From Balanoglossus misakiensis (lineage: Eukaryota; Animalia; Hemichordata), in NCBI GenBank assembly GCA_040954595.2, contig CM082576.2, positions 8,931,129 to 8,995,128 on the forward strand: DNA of 64,000 nt, in the 5' to 3' direction. Of this stretch, positions 29,357-42,089 are shown piece by piece. Both the position numbers and the translations under genes were made by a program. Under the pieces are notes generated by a model, which worked only from the letters and a program-made list of their open reading frames with translations, made no database searches and was not told the DNA's origin. Each line of letters begins with the position of its first letter. Position 1 is the first letter of the stretch.

Positions 29357-31166
29357 AACAGACAGACAGAAAGACAGGCATACAGAAGGCTATGTCATTC
29401 CCTAGTATATACCCATGCATGCATGAGCGATCAAACATGTGCGTCCAATGGTGCACTTTTTTATTGTGCCCTCCTACAAGCTGATTGGCTAAATCTCTGG
29501 TGTCAATAATGTGTGGCCAGATTTATATCAGTGGCATGTCATCCTTTGATGTGGCCTTTTTAATGTAATCTCCACAAAGCTTTACCCATCACAATCTCTC
29601 CTGTGCGTGCATCTAATATTCTAAAAGAGTATAATACAGTCATGTAAGCTTACCGGGTATGTCAATTTGATCCAATCATTCTGATAATGTTATCTGAAAC
29701 TTAAAAGTACAGTTCTTCAGAAAATTCCTCACGGACTATAATAATTTTTCTGTGAGCCATACAAAATTCACGCTTTTTGAAAAGTATTCTCTCATATGAG
29801 AACCGTGGTGCGGTCGCGCACACTAAATCAATATCTGAGATCTGCCGACAAGGACTTTCTCAGCTTGCTTGAAACCATTTCAGTTAATTAGATTATAATT
29901 GAAATGACCCAAAGTACATGTTATTAATCAGATTACACAAATGGTTTGTGTATCTCTTGTGTGTTGCCTTCTTCCTAAGAGTTTGAGTATATTCCTCAAA
30001 GCTGACTTAGAGAGAACTCCATTAGACACCCACTTATCTAATTAGTTAATGGCGAATTCTTGCTCATTTTATATTCGGCAATTAATGCGCTGTGTGTCAA
30101 TAAAAAAATGTAAGGTATTGAAAGGAATTATAGCGGAGACTTTTTGGTCATGTTTGCTTTTATGCAAGCTGTTAGGGGATGCAAACAATTCCTCAAACAT
30201 ATCCCACGTACATCCTTTTTGTCATTTTTGTATTTCAAGGAGTGTTTCGCTATTAACATGCGTACTTGACATTTATTGAGCTGGCAGTGACATTCCCGAT
30301 GAAATCATTCCGACATTCCATATGTATTTTATACAATGCAAGTCCCACTTCCCTATGGATATTGTGTTTGGGCTATAGCTATTACAGCATCCTTTTGGTG
30401 GGCGTTTGGGAATCCACAGGAACTGTATAAGCCATGATGGTACTCAGATTTGATAATGAACTTCTCTATTCATGCTGATGCAAGAATGGTACATGCGTAC
30501 TTACATGTTTCTTTCCAGGAAAGTCCAAATACCTGTATACATGATAATTAAATAGCATTATTTATACACAGAGAGATGATAACATGAATTTTGTGTAGTC
30601 AGCTTGGGATGAAGCCAATTTTACTGACTGTCTCATAAATTATTCAGGAGCTTCAAGAAAGAAGACAGTTGTAGTTCCTAGGGCAACAACTTTTTTGTTC
30701 ATTTGTCATTTAATACTAAACTTTAATGAAATTAAAAGCTTTTGTGGCACAAGAATATTACTCCTGAATCAGTGATACCATACTGGGATGGACAGCGTTC
30801 TGTTGGATTTGTATTGTATGTAGCTGAGACCCGGCTGAATGAACTTTGTCTCAACCTGATGTGAACTTTTAACTTTTCTCCTATAGCCTTAGACTGAATG
30901 AAATGTACACGTCAGTTTCAGTATCCTCATTTGCATCTACTTATTGCTGCAGGGATATGACACGTCATTTGTACCCGCATCATCAGCCTTGGAATCTCCT
31001 GCCATTGTCCAATTCGAAATTGCTTGCCTGTCTGGACTTGACTCTAATATTTGATATAAATATTTTTCTTGTTTGGTCCAACAGCTTCCCACGTTTCTTA
31101 AATTTTTACGACTCAGCTCCCATTGTGTTTGTCAGTGCATGTCCATGAGACAAAGTTGACTTTGTA

Positions 31167-31186
31167 GTGTGTGTGTGTGTGTGTGT
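31167..31186. repeat. (GT)n microsatellite
   Basis: Read directly from the sequence. Confidence 0.85.
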
Positions 31187-33508
31187 TTGTGACTTTATAG
31201 AAGCCAGAAAAGAAAAAATCTTGCAGTATAAAGTGGCACAGAGTGTTATACCCACTATTCCTTCCAACAACAGTTTCACAGCATCTGTGTGTTAATACAG
31301 ACTGCTGCATCTATCTATTACTAAACCATCCTTGAGTCAGAATTAGCAGCACAGCAATGAAAATGTCACAGGTGGGTCTGTTTTAAAATGCATATGACAG
31401 TGCATTAATTTACATATGACACATCTTGGAACCATTCGAGGGCTATCAAGGTTCATGTCTGACTCAACAGGAGAACGGCGATGGCGGTGACACATTAATG
31501 ACAGCATTTAAGACTCAGGAAATTGACAAGTATTTAGTTGACTTCATTTACAATAGCAGGCAATCACACAGCCCCATAGGCCAATAATTAAGTGCTTGTA
31601 AATTCAAACTTGCTGATGATATCATTAGACATCATGCCGGTATAATTATTTCTTTCAGGCAGAACATGGCCTGCAGAGAAAAAAAAAAAGAATTAATTTT
31701 GATAAACTTTATTTTTTTTTACCACTGTTATATGTGTGGGCAGTACCTCAGGAACTTAATTGTGGATACATATCTTTTGCATCCGGTACACATCATTGAT
31801 GACAATAAGCCATCAACCAGTGACGTCATCACTGGAACAATCCATGTAAAATTGTGATTTCATTATGTATACAACTTCCGTTTAAGGTCAATCTGACGGC
31901 AATGCCCTAGTGGAATCCAATAATTCTTTCATATTATTCTCCGAATAAAACATAAATATGTATGTGCATGACATAATACTCTTACGTCTGAGCTAATATA
32001 TACACATTACATATTTACATTTATGAATATAAACTGGAAGTGGATGGTATTTGTAAGCTACTTGTCTATTTATACTCTAGAAGTAGAACTAGTGCTGGTT
32101 ATTTAATTCCCCAAAATGATGAAAATGTCATTTTAATTACAAGACTTTCAGGCCAGCTACACTATTAAAAAACTTGCCCATTATCTGAAAGAGACTCACT
32201 CATCATCTCATAAAGTAAATTTGTATTTTTTAAAAACATTAAAAATAGCCCGATGTAAAAACGAGAATATTAATTTCGCGTTCCCGGCAGGTTTAACCAA
32301 AGCTTAAAAGTTAACACCATTAGAGTCTTATAGAATAGTGTCATCCTCTTGAAGGATTGGGATGGGATGAGGGAAAAGTTGCTCACTATATTTATGCGTT
32401 CCAGCCATTTTGAAACTCAGAGGGTGGACTGTAGAGGGAGCTCAGGGTAGATATGCAATCATGGATACAGTGGGATGCGGTGCCTGTGTGGGATGCAGTT
32501 TGATTGATGTCCAAAGGTCTGACGGGCACGGACTTTACCATGTTTATGTTGCAATACTCATTGGCGTCATATAAATCACTGCCTCAAGTTTTGTTTGTGA
32601 ACTGCCACTTTGTATGCATCTAAAATACCCCATTATGTCACAACGTAAAAACAAGTTAATAGTATTGATATAATACCCCCACACATACTGAAAGGCTCCA
32701 GGAGCGTACAGCGCCCTCCTGAAGTATAATTAATGGAAGTCTTTTGTTTTTATGAAGAGAAATTCTGACACAGCACTTGGGAGTCAGACATCTCGGTATT
32801 TATTAAAAAAAATACAAGCAGAAAATGATATTCAAAACACAGTGGTCTCATTTCAATTATTATCATTCTTTTGTTCACTTCTCCCACGTTGCGATACAGG
32901 AATAAATGTCACACTAATAAAAACACCCTTGTGAAAACTCTTAAAATTTCTCCTTCATTGCAAGAGAGATAAAAGATATTTCACCTCTTTAAATGGAATT
33001 AAAATTACATGAAGTTGTTTCACAGTCACCAAACTTACAATCTGCAAGTTCAAATGTAAGTCATATAATTAGTGGTCACAAACTACTGTAGCAATGACAA
33101 ACAGAAACAAAGACAGCATAATCTAAAAATCCACAAATTCCTTTTGTTTGTGAATGAACAGAGGCACAAACATATCGTCCAATAAACCAAAGTTTTCATT
33201 CTAATTCTCTAAGATATTTTCAGACTTTTATATCAATCATGTTCATTCATGATCATCTGAATAAAAATAAACCAAAGTTTATATCACTTTTACTACAATA
33301 ATCTGAAAATACAAGATGTGGACAATGAAATATTTGAATTTTTGATTGAAGGTTCGCAGTAATCCCACCAAGACAATTCCAAGAGTGAATGTGAATGACA
33401 GTTTACACACACTGTAAATTTATCCACCCGCCTTGTCATCAGAAGTAGTCCAGGAAAAGCCACACATCCAATTTAAATGCTGAGACTAATAAAAGTCACA
33501 AAATTTGA

Positions 33509-36500
33509 TCAGCCATCTTGAAAAACTTCTTTCAAAGTCTTGGTAGCTCCGTGCACAAAGTACGTAAGCACCGACACATGTTTCTCTATGATTTTCCACT
33601 GTTTGGTCGCTTCCGGCTCCTCCAGTTTGTCGATGTCGAACAAGCCGTCAACAAGTCCCGGGAAGGCATCGCCGAAGTATGCGTTCTTGCTGCTGGATGC
33701 AAACACCACGTGTCTGGAACCATGAATGCAGAGGAAGCGAGAAATGGGATGTTTACATTCGGAGAAGGGAAAATCCTGCAGTATCGTACATGCGCATATA
33801 TTGTTGAGCATGACAAGACATGCACACAATTTTGCCATTTTGGGCTACTATTACCAGATTCACTGTCTTCTCATGTGAATGTGTAGTTGGACAATTTTGT
33901 CCTAGCTGATCTCCAAGAGCCAAGAGCAAAGAGACCCATGATCCATTAAAAACTCACCTGTCTAAAACTCTGTCTGGCAATCCGAGTGGGTCAATGAATG
34001 CTCTTTCTAGGTACATCAGTTTATCGTTGATACTTCGCACCTCAAAGGGACTGAAATTGAACCACGATAATGAGGTTTTTTTTCAGTATAGGAATACATT
34101 TTCTGGCGACTTTTACTCACTACTACACATATCTTTTAAAAACTGCAGAGATACAGTGCAGTATAACATTGTAAATGTTGATTTTCTAGGATTTGCCGAT
34201 GAGGGCGTATTTCACCACCTACTACTTTGGCGGTACTTAGAATTATTGAGCAACAATCGGGATCCATTTCTTGTGTGTAGAGAATTGCAAAATTGAATGG
34301 GGTTACATTAAGGAAATCACAGAAGACATCAAAACTTACTCCTTTGCTTCCAAATTTTCAATGTATTTGTGAAAACTCCTGGCAGTGGCTTTGAACTCGG
34401 CTAACGCAGTGTAGAAGTGGTCTGTGGTCAAAATGTACACAGAAAGTTACAAATCAGCCATGGACACAGTCTTTAGACCAGAATAAAGGGAGACAAAATA
34501 TTGTGCAGCCACTGAGCAGGCATGGATGTCACCCACTGAAAATCTGTGATTGGCTATATTTCAGTTTTCCCTGCAGGTAACAGTGTGTGGTTAAATTTGC
34601 AAAGATGACCACCATGGTTCAGTCCAAATCCATTGTTTTCTAAAGAGGAAACTGGGGATGAAAGGGTTCTTAACTGTATGCATGTATATAGCTTTACTGA
34701 TTTATATCACAGATAAACCTCACCGAGATTAAAGCCATGCCTCTCCATTTCCCCTTCAGCATTCTGTTTGATCTCATCCATCGCCTGTTCCATCTTCGCC
34801 CCGTAGTCCTCACAATTGAACGGGAGGATGAGCTGATCGGACAACGTCCTGGCCATCTCCGCCCACACCTGCGTCACCACCAGATGATAGTTGAAATCCG
34901 GATCCAAGATTTCCTTCACCAGATGGAATGTCTCGTACATGGAATGATAGAGCGGATAACTGGAGATTCCTAGAGACTGAATCAAGGAAGTGAAAAATCT
35001 TTATAAGAATGGCTTTTGCAACAGGATGGAAAATTACCGGACATTCAGTTAAACTTTTCCACAATGCACAAACTTAACGACTTGCTTAACAGATGGCCAC
35101 ACATTCACACAATCATGCGATCACAACATTCAAACATGACATCTACATTTTGGGTTGGGGAAAAAATCAAAAACAGGTTAGGGCAAGAGTAGCAGTAGCC
35201 GTGACAACCACTGGAACGTCATTGTGAATAGAAAACTCACAGAGTCAAACGTGTACCGCAAGTCCAATGCAGAAATCCCAAGAGATTCCATAAATCGGGC
35301 GTAGTCACTCCCAGATCCTAAAGTACCAATGCTGCATGGGTGTAATTTAAAAGTAACCAAGCACATAAAATAAGAAAAATATAAAGAGGTAATCATCCTT
35401 GTTTACTCTCTGTTTCGATTCAAGGAGCTAATATGCCTTTCTGAGATTTTCCTCTTACATGCTGTAGCCAATAGTGCACATAAAGACTCTGCACAGCAAT
35501 AGATATATGTGTACTTACAATGGGAGCTGTTCACTATTTGGATTTCTCTCCAACCATGTGTCGTAGACAGTTTTGCTCTTGTCTACAGGATCGGGAATCT
35601 AATGTCCAAAAAATAAATTATTAATCTCAGTGATCAGAAGGGGATGAGCATGTAATTGGCTGCTTTGTTTGCTTGCATATACTGAACTGCAGGTTCTGAA
35701 TTTGAACCTGACACAAAACCTTCTGAATTCTCTTATTGTTTACAATGCACCAGGTGGGTGCACTAACCTTTTTGGTGACATTGTATATAAGCCTGTACAA
35801 GGTTGGCGAGGACTTTGCCCTCAGGACATGGTTGCCTTGTACAGCTATGTCCACATTCAGATATGCCACGGCCTTCTTGGACAGCAGCTGAGCATTGTCC
35901 TGTTGGAGTAAGCCACAAAGACAAGATCACCAATTGAAAATAACTGGAAAAGTAAAAGAAAAACATGCATAATCTGCATTCCAAGTAGAAATCTTCATAC
36001 CTCCACCCACTCTGCAGAGCCAATCAAACCGTACTCTTCAGCTCCCCAGCTACAAAACAAAATGGTGCGCCTCGGACGCCAGTCTGTGAACAAGAAGTCA
36101 GAGGCAGATATATCAGAGGGAATATTGAAACCTGTTTTTTTTTTTGCATTGTCATGGTAATGTGCAGGGATATTACTTGCCACACCATCATTAGGAAAAT
36201 GTATAATAAGATACGTATTGATGTCCAAATCCCCACTGAGAAATATATGACAGTTTTGATGACAAGTTTTAGGGAATGTTCGTGTAACCACCACCATCAT
36301 CATCACCACTCACTATGCTCATCAACAAGTTGCTGGAATGCTCTGGCCAGTTCCAACATACAAGCTGTACCACTGGATGGATCCAAAGAACCAAAAACCC
36401 AAGCATCTCGGTGATTTCCAATGATCACATAACGGTCTGCGGAGAAGACAAAAGAAGATAGTTTGTCATTTTAACTCATCACTGCCTCTAAAACGCTAGT

Positions 36501-39500
36501 TCACCATGCCTGAATGCAAACTTCTGACTTCTGGTACTGCTTGGCATCACAGCTGCGCGAATGCACTGTTAGGATAAACATTTTCAACTTGCTGAAAGCA
36601 TAAATATGACCTTCCTATTATCATTCCGATACTCTTGAAATGATCAGACTTCAAACTGCAAGTCAATTCATTTTTTTTTCTCACCAGGTTCCAGACTTCC
36701 TCTGATGTAGCCTACTGTTGTGTAGGTATAGTTCTTCTGATTCACATTGTGAACTTCTAATCGCACAGTCCTGAGAATTGAAAGAAAGTATATAAGTTCT
36801 CACATGATTTAAATGGCACCCGGAGGGCAATGTAAAAAAGAAAAACACACCGAGCAATGTGCATGGCACACGTTGCTAATCGCAGGTTTTATAAACTTTT
36901 GATCAAGATATATTTTGGCAAAAGAACCCTGCGCTGTCATCAGCGATGCTGGAATCAGCAGCCTGTACATTCCAATGGTTGTTGACAATTAACAACAACA
37001 ACTGCTTGCATTGGTTTCAGGATTTAGACAAACATACCTGTTCTCCTTCATGTCTGGACCAATGTTGTACATTACATTCATCTTACCCTGCCAGGTATCA
37101 GGGGCTCCAATACCTCCAATTTGTCTTTAAAAAAAAAGCAAAAATCAAAGAAGAATTTTATTGACAGATTTGTTAATACAACATCAAGATGAATACCAAT
37201 ACTGCAAAATAAATAGGTAGCATCTGGTTCAATGAAAGACTGAAGTTAGCAGCACTACCCTAAAGACGTGCATTGTGGATGACGAAAATGAAAGCAGTGA
37301 AATCATGAATAACTTACTCGAGAAGATGGAGAGCATCATCATATCCTATTGGATGGACTGGTATCCTAGGCAACTCCACATCCGCCTCATCTTCCCTGAA
37401 TGCACTGTCTGTGGGTAGATGCAATGATGTTAAGTTTTAAAGAAATTTTAATAGATAGTCATTAGTGTAGATCGACTGCCTGCAAATATTTGTATTTCAG
37501 TTACAGGCTTTGACTGGTCTCATGCTGTTTCTGTTTCTTGGTTAAGTTTAATTCATTCCCAGAATTCTGAGCACAGGCTTACAATCAATGAGAAAACCTA
37601 TGCAACTTACCAAGTGCCGGATATCCCGGAGTTAGTGGATCTCCCTTGCCAAGAAAGAGTGTTCCTCTTTGAACACCAGTGCCAGGCAGCCACCACGCTT
37701 TGGGATAGACCTCAGTGACATCATCAGTCGCATAGTCTGCCGGATCAGAGTACATGATGAGACCGACAGCTCCGAACTGCTCTGCGTGCTTGGCCTTGAT
37801 TGTTAGAATAAAAATACGACATTAAATGCTTTTGTTTGGGTATGATAAAGGACAGGAGCATTGGTCGTTATTGTGTATTTTTGGGGTTTGTCACGGTCAA
37901 AAGGTGTGAGCAGTTCTAATTGCAGTAATTCCTTGATTAAAAGACAATTAAAATCAACGTTTTTTTTCTATAATCTCACCTTGTCTCCTCTGAATATCTT
38001 CCCGTATCTTGCTATGACAATCTTGCCAGTGACATTCACAGATAAATTTCTTTCCAGAAATAAAAAGTCTTCAATCCGTGCATAATTAACATATACAAGC
38101 TGGCCCTGTGAAATTGGGAAGGTGAACCAGGTGTAAGCATTTACAGGTGTGTAATGTTGATGTCACTATTGTACGATCCGACCAAGCACCATGAGATGGA
38201 AAATCAAATGTCACGAAAGGCAAATCATGTCACGGAGGGGCAGAATGTACACCTCTTTTTCCCCCAGCAAATACATGAGAGAATTATTCAGGTTATGTTG
38301 TGCCTGATACATTTATCAAATAACTTTCAATTCGCATTTGAAAAAAAAAGTTCTCTGAAAGCGATCGATGGGATGACAGGTGACAGTGACACATTAGAAT
38401 TCAAACGTCTACAGTCGATCACAGACTGCAGCAGTATACCGGCGAGATAGTAGACAAAGGCCTGAAATGTGAAGCAACAGTAGAAGATTCTTGATGCATT
38501 CTGAGCAAACCCCACAGGAACTATTCACATCCTTTCGCTCAGTCGCATTCAAAACTCACCGAGACGTTACCCTTTGCTCCGTACGCATTGAAAGGTGGTA
38601 CGATATCCGTTCTGTTTTCCTGAGGTGTCAGTGCTTTTTCATAGGCTGCTGATCTAGACTCCTCTTCCCCATCAGAGTTGAATACATATACCTGCAGGAG
38701 GAGGGTACTATGTTGTTAACTGTGGCAGAAACTTAACTTTCCAGTTGGTTGATATATTAGTTCATGCATTTTCTATGCACAAATTTCGGTTCAGTTCATA
38801 GAGTGACCAACTATACAATGTTAAGATTAACAATCTCAGTTTTCTTTATTCATAAAGACAATTCAATTGTATCAGAATCATGGGATGGACTAAATTTTAA
38901 ATAGTAAATTGAGGGGGGGGGGGTGAAAGGGTTAATGACAAGTACTGAAAGTAGTCAGTCAAATGTGCACAAAAACAGGAGCTTGGTGTTTCAACCCTTG
39001 CATCCCCTCTCCCTCCACAGAGGTCCTACGTGACCATAGAAAACAATTGATTTGGACCAAACCATACATCTAAGCAAGTGACTGGTAAATTGTGGAGATA
39101 ATTAGACATTACCGGTACGTACATAATTGGGCGTGTCCAGATCTGGATATGAAAGGAGAACTTCATACGGAATTACTTCAACAAAATCCAGGCCGTATTT
39201 CTCAAACTCATCTCGAACATAGAATGCTGTTTCTTTGTCAGCTGGAGTTCCGGCCAGATGTGGTTTCTCAGTGAGATACCTAGAATTACCATAAACATTT
39301 TAACCATAAATTATACAGGGATATAATTTTAAGAAAAATACCATATAAAACCATAGGCATATTTATTGACACAGCTGAGCTTGTTCTACTTTTGTAACCC
39401 AATAAACAGTTCTGTGCACTGACAAAACGTCTTTTGTTAATTTCTATAGAAATGCCCACGTCAAGAAACACGGGTCTTTAACTTTTGTGAGTTTGTTCAG

Positions 39501-40834
39501 GACCTGCAGGCTGCAGCATGCTTATGTGCCGTCTGAAATAGCGCCACCTAGCGTCATCATTCCTATGTCAAGAAGAAGACTTTCGTTTATCATTTGATAT
39601 GGCTCTCTCCCTGAGCAACGGCTACAGATTATCTGATGGTGATACACCACAATACTTTCCCACTGAAAAATAATGCTTACAGCGTGTAAATAAGTGATTA
39701 TCGCCGGGGAAACAGTTTCTGCACAGAAATACGTTGTCACTTTTTGTGTGGAAACAGTAAATCATGTCAGAAACTCTCATTGCTCTGTGGCAAGTAAAAT
39801 ATTGGTTGATTGATAAGACAGGTGTGGTGTGTGTACATTTGGCAGCAATTTCTGAAAACAAACACCCCTGTTGTTTGACATATCATAAAGAGGACAGGTC
39901 CTGGACCCTGCAAACCAAACTGGACCCTTTGTGATGATTTTACAACAAATTGATGCTTTGGCAGAGGTTTGAAAGAGAAGTCACTTTTATTCCATCTTAT
40001 TCAACCTCTGACTTCTTTTCAATTGTGGCCAGTTCAACTGTTGGACATATCAAGAGGGTTGAAGGAATTTTCAACATATGGTCAAAACGGCATGTCCAAG
40101 TTTTCATATGACTTCAGGGGCGCATGGCACACATTTTTTTTCTTCACATGGCCACCCACAGAACTTGAAATGTGATTGGCTACATCTCAAATCTCCATGG
40201 CAACTATGGTCTATGTGCATTACTTTCATGACTTGTTAGTTTCAATTATGCTTTGCAAAGAGAAGCTTATCTGATCTGGTTAATAACTTGTACAAGAATG
40301 AAGAAATGTATCCATCCTCTGTTTATGTTTTTATGATTTCAAACAGTTTCCTCACCTCAGTTGTTCTTCTATTTTGTTCTTGTTCAGAATTTTTAACAAT
40401 TTTTCAGTTACCCATCCGTCTTCTCCCTTCAACGCGTCCAACCAAGCCTGGTAAGTTTCCGACGCCGGCGGTTCGGTACCGGGGCCCGGACCGGACGAAG
40501 GAGCCGCCAGGAAGCCTATCAGCAGTCCGACTGCCAGGGCAACCGCTGCCAGCACACCCGTAGCGATCCAGTAGTACCGCATCGGATACCGTCTGCTGCC
40601 AAAGCCCATCGTGAAACCGAATCGGTCGTTCTGCCTGTAGGGCGGCGCGTGTAGGATTTGCAACTCGCCACTGAAACTGCTGGGAGGCTTATCCTCAGCG
40701 TCGAAGTCGTAATCTTCCTCGGACAGCAGCGGGGATCGCTTGTCACCACCAGTCGCGGTTGGAGACTGCTGGCGATGCTGTGATGGTGTGTCTACGTCTG
40801 TAGACTGCGAGATCAAGTGATAATCTGATGACAT
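33509..40834 (-). CDS. M28B metallopeptidase of the glutamate carboxypeptidase II / NAALADase (FOLH1/NAALAD2/NAALADL1) family, paralog A; type II membrane protein, 827 aa, 17 exons
   Basis: Exons (minus): 40834-40356, 39279-39123, 38691-38560, 38105-37980, 37794-37611, 37408-37318, 37124-37038, 36770-36685, 36436-36314, 36083-36001, 35899-35768, 35598-35519, 35331-35241, 34976-34724, 34421-34340, 34050-33958, 33713-33509. All introns are GT-AG; total 2484 nt, in frame. Motifs: [148 protein letters not shown]. Confidence 0.95.
39540..39554 (-). promoter_or_regulatory. CTCF-like motif in intron 1 of peptidase paralog A
   Basis: The minus strand reads ACGCTAGGTGGCGCT, close to the CTCF core CCRCYAGRKGGCRS. 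Motif match only. Confidence 0.4.
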
Positions 40835-42089
40835 TTTTACTTGCACTGTAGTACAAAGGTTCCTGAGTTGTTTAATTTATGACCGATGATAACGATAACT
40901 CGGATAAGACTCCCTTGATAACAGCCCATACATCATCTTTATACTCCATACCGCAGCAATCTTGTGCAATCATACCATAGGTACACTAAAACTGTTTACA
41001 ATTCAGTAGTAGATATACACGACATTATTATTTATTTACAACTTGGGTGAGCGAGATGACGTCCCGATCCGGTCACTACATGCAGCAGCACCGATAATAA
41101 TAGCGATGACAGTAAAACAGTCTCTGAATGAAAATAAAAAAAAAACCTTTTGTAATATGATCCTCGACACGTACAAACGCAAAAAGATCATGCGAACAGA
41201 AGAACACAGATCAACATGATCAAAGTTTTGTGACTAGTACACACGGAAGTACACAATCTCCTCATCGCATCGGTACCGTATACAAACGCTACGAGAGCAA
41301 AATAGTATATTTACTGGTATTTCTGGAGACGTGCTTTTTCCAGGAGATAGATATGGAGTCGTATGGTTCCTTCCTTGATACAAAGTCTAAGATCCCGTGG
41401 CTTTCGGTTGGTGCAGTCACCCAGCGTTCGGCATCGATGGTACGGGGCCGGGTCAGGTTAAGAAGGTACGTTAAGGTCAAGGTCGTTAAGGTCAAGGAAA
41501 GCTCTGAGAAATAGCGCCCCTATGGGCAACCTACCAATACTTTTGTTTTTATTTTTCCAAGCATTAATGTTACATGATTTTTGGCATGGCTGATATACAA
41601 AGCAAGGTTTATTTAGTTTGGAAAGACTCATCACATTGAAACAGGTCACAAGGAAATCAACCTCATATAACAGAACAGCACAGGTTTCATTAACATGTAA
41701 TTTTTTATTTTAATTTCTTTGCCACACTCACACTGAGTATAATACACCTACTCCAATGTGGTTTTTTTCTAAAAAAAAAAAAATTCTACAAAAAGAAAAA
41801 ATATCGGTATATGACTAAAACCACATTTGTTTTTGTAAGAGACCGCAATCAATTCATGCATCACACAGCAACCTCAATTGACTTTTTCTAATAAAAAAAT
41901 TTCACTCCCATAAACCATCAATTGGCCACTTTCATGATGTTTGAATCCATTAACCTCACATTTCGGATATCCTCATCAGCCTGTTGTCTTTCAATACTGA
42001 ACGTTTCTTGTTGGCTCTCATGGCCGAGAGAGAATGTCTTAAATTTTGTTCCAAGATAGTTGAAACTAGAAAACAAGTAATGTTGTGCA

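Noticed and set aside
7735-33500. Many 60-130 aa ORFs in the gene desert, and those in 1-7300
   Set aside because: Mostly TTG/GTG starts, Phe/Leu/Ile/Cys-rich composition typical of translated AT-rich DNA, and no consistent splice chains or domain motifs.
33518-33886. Plus-strand ORFs over the last exon of paralog A (also 57965-58456 minus over paralog B)
   Set aside because: Antisense shadows of real exons.
39472-39927. Possible inverted-repeat element in intron 1 of paralog A
   Set aside because: Only short patches (GGGTC...CAGGACCT) pair; too weak to call terminal inverted repeats.
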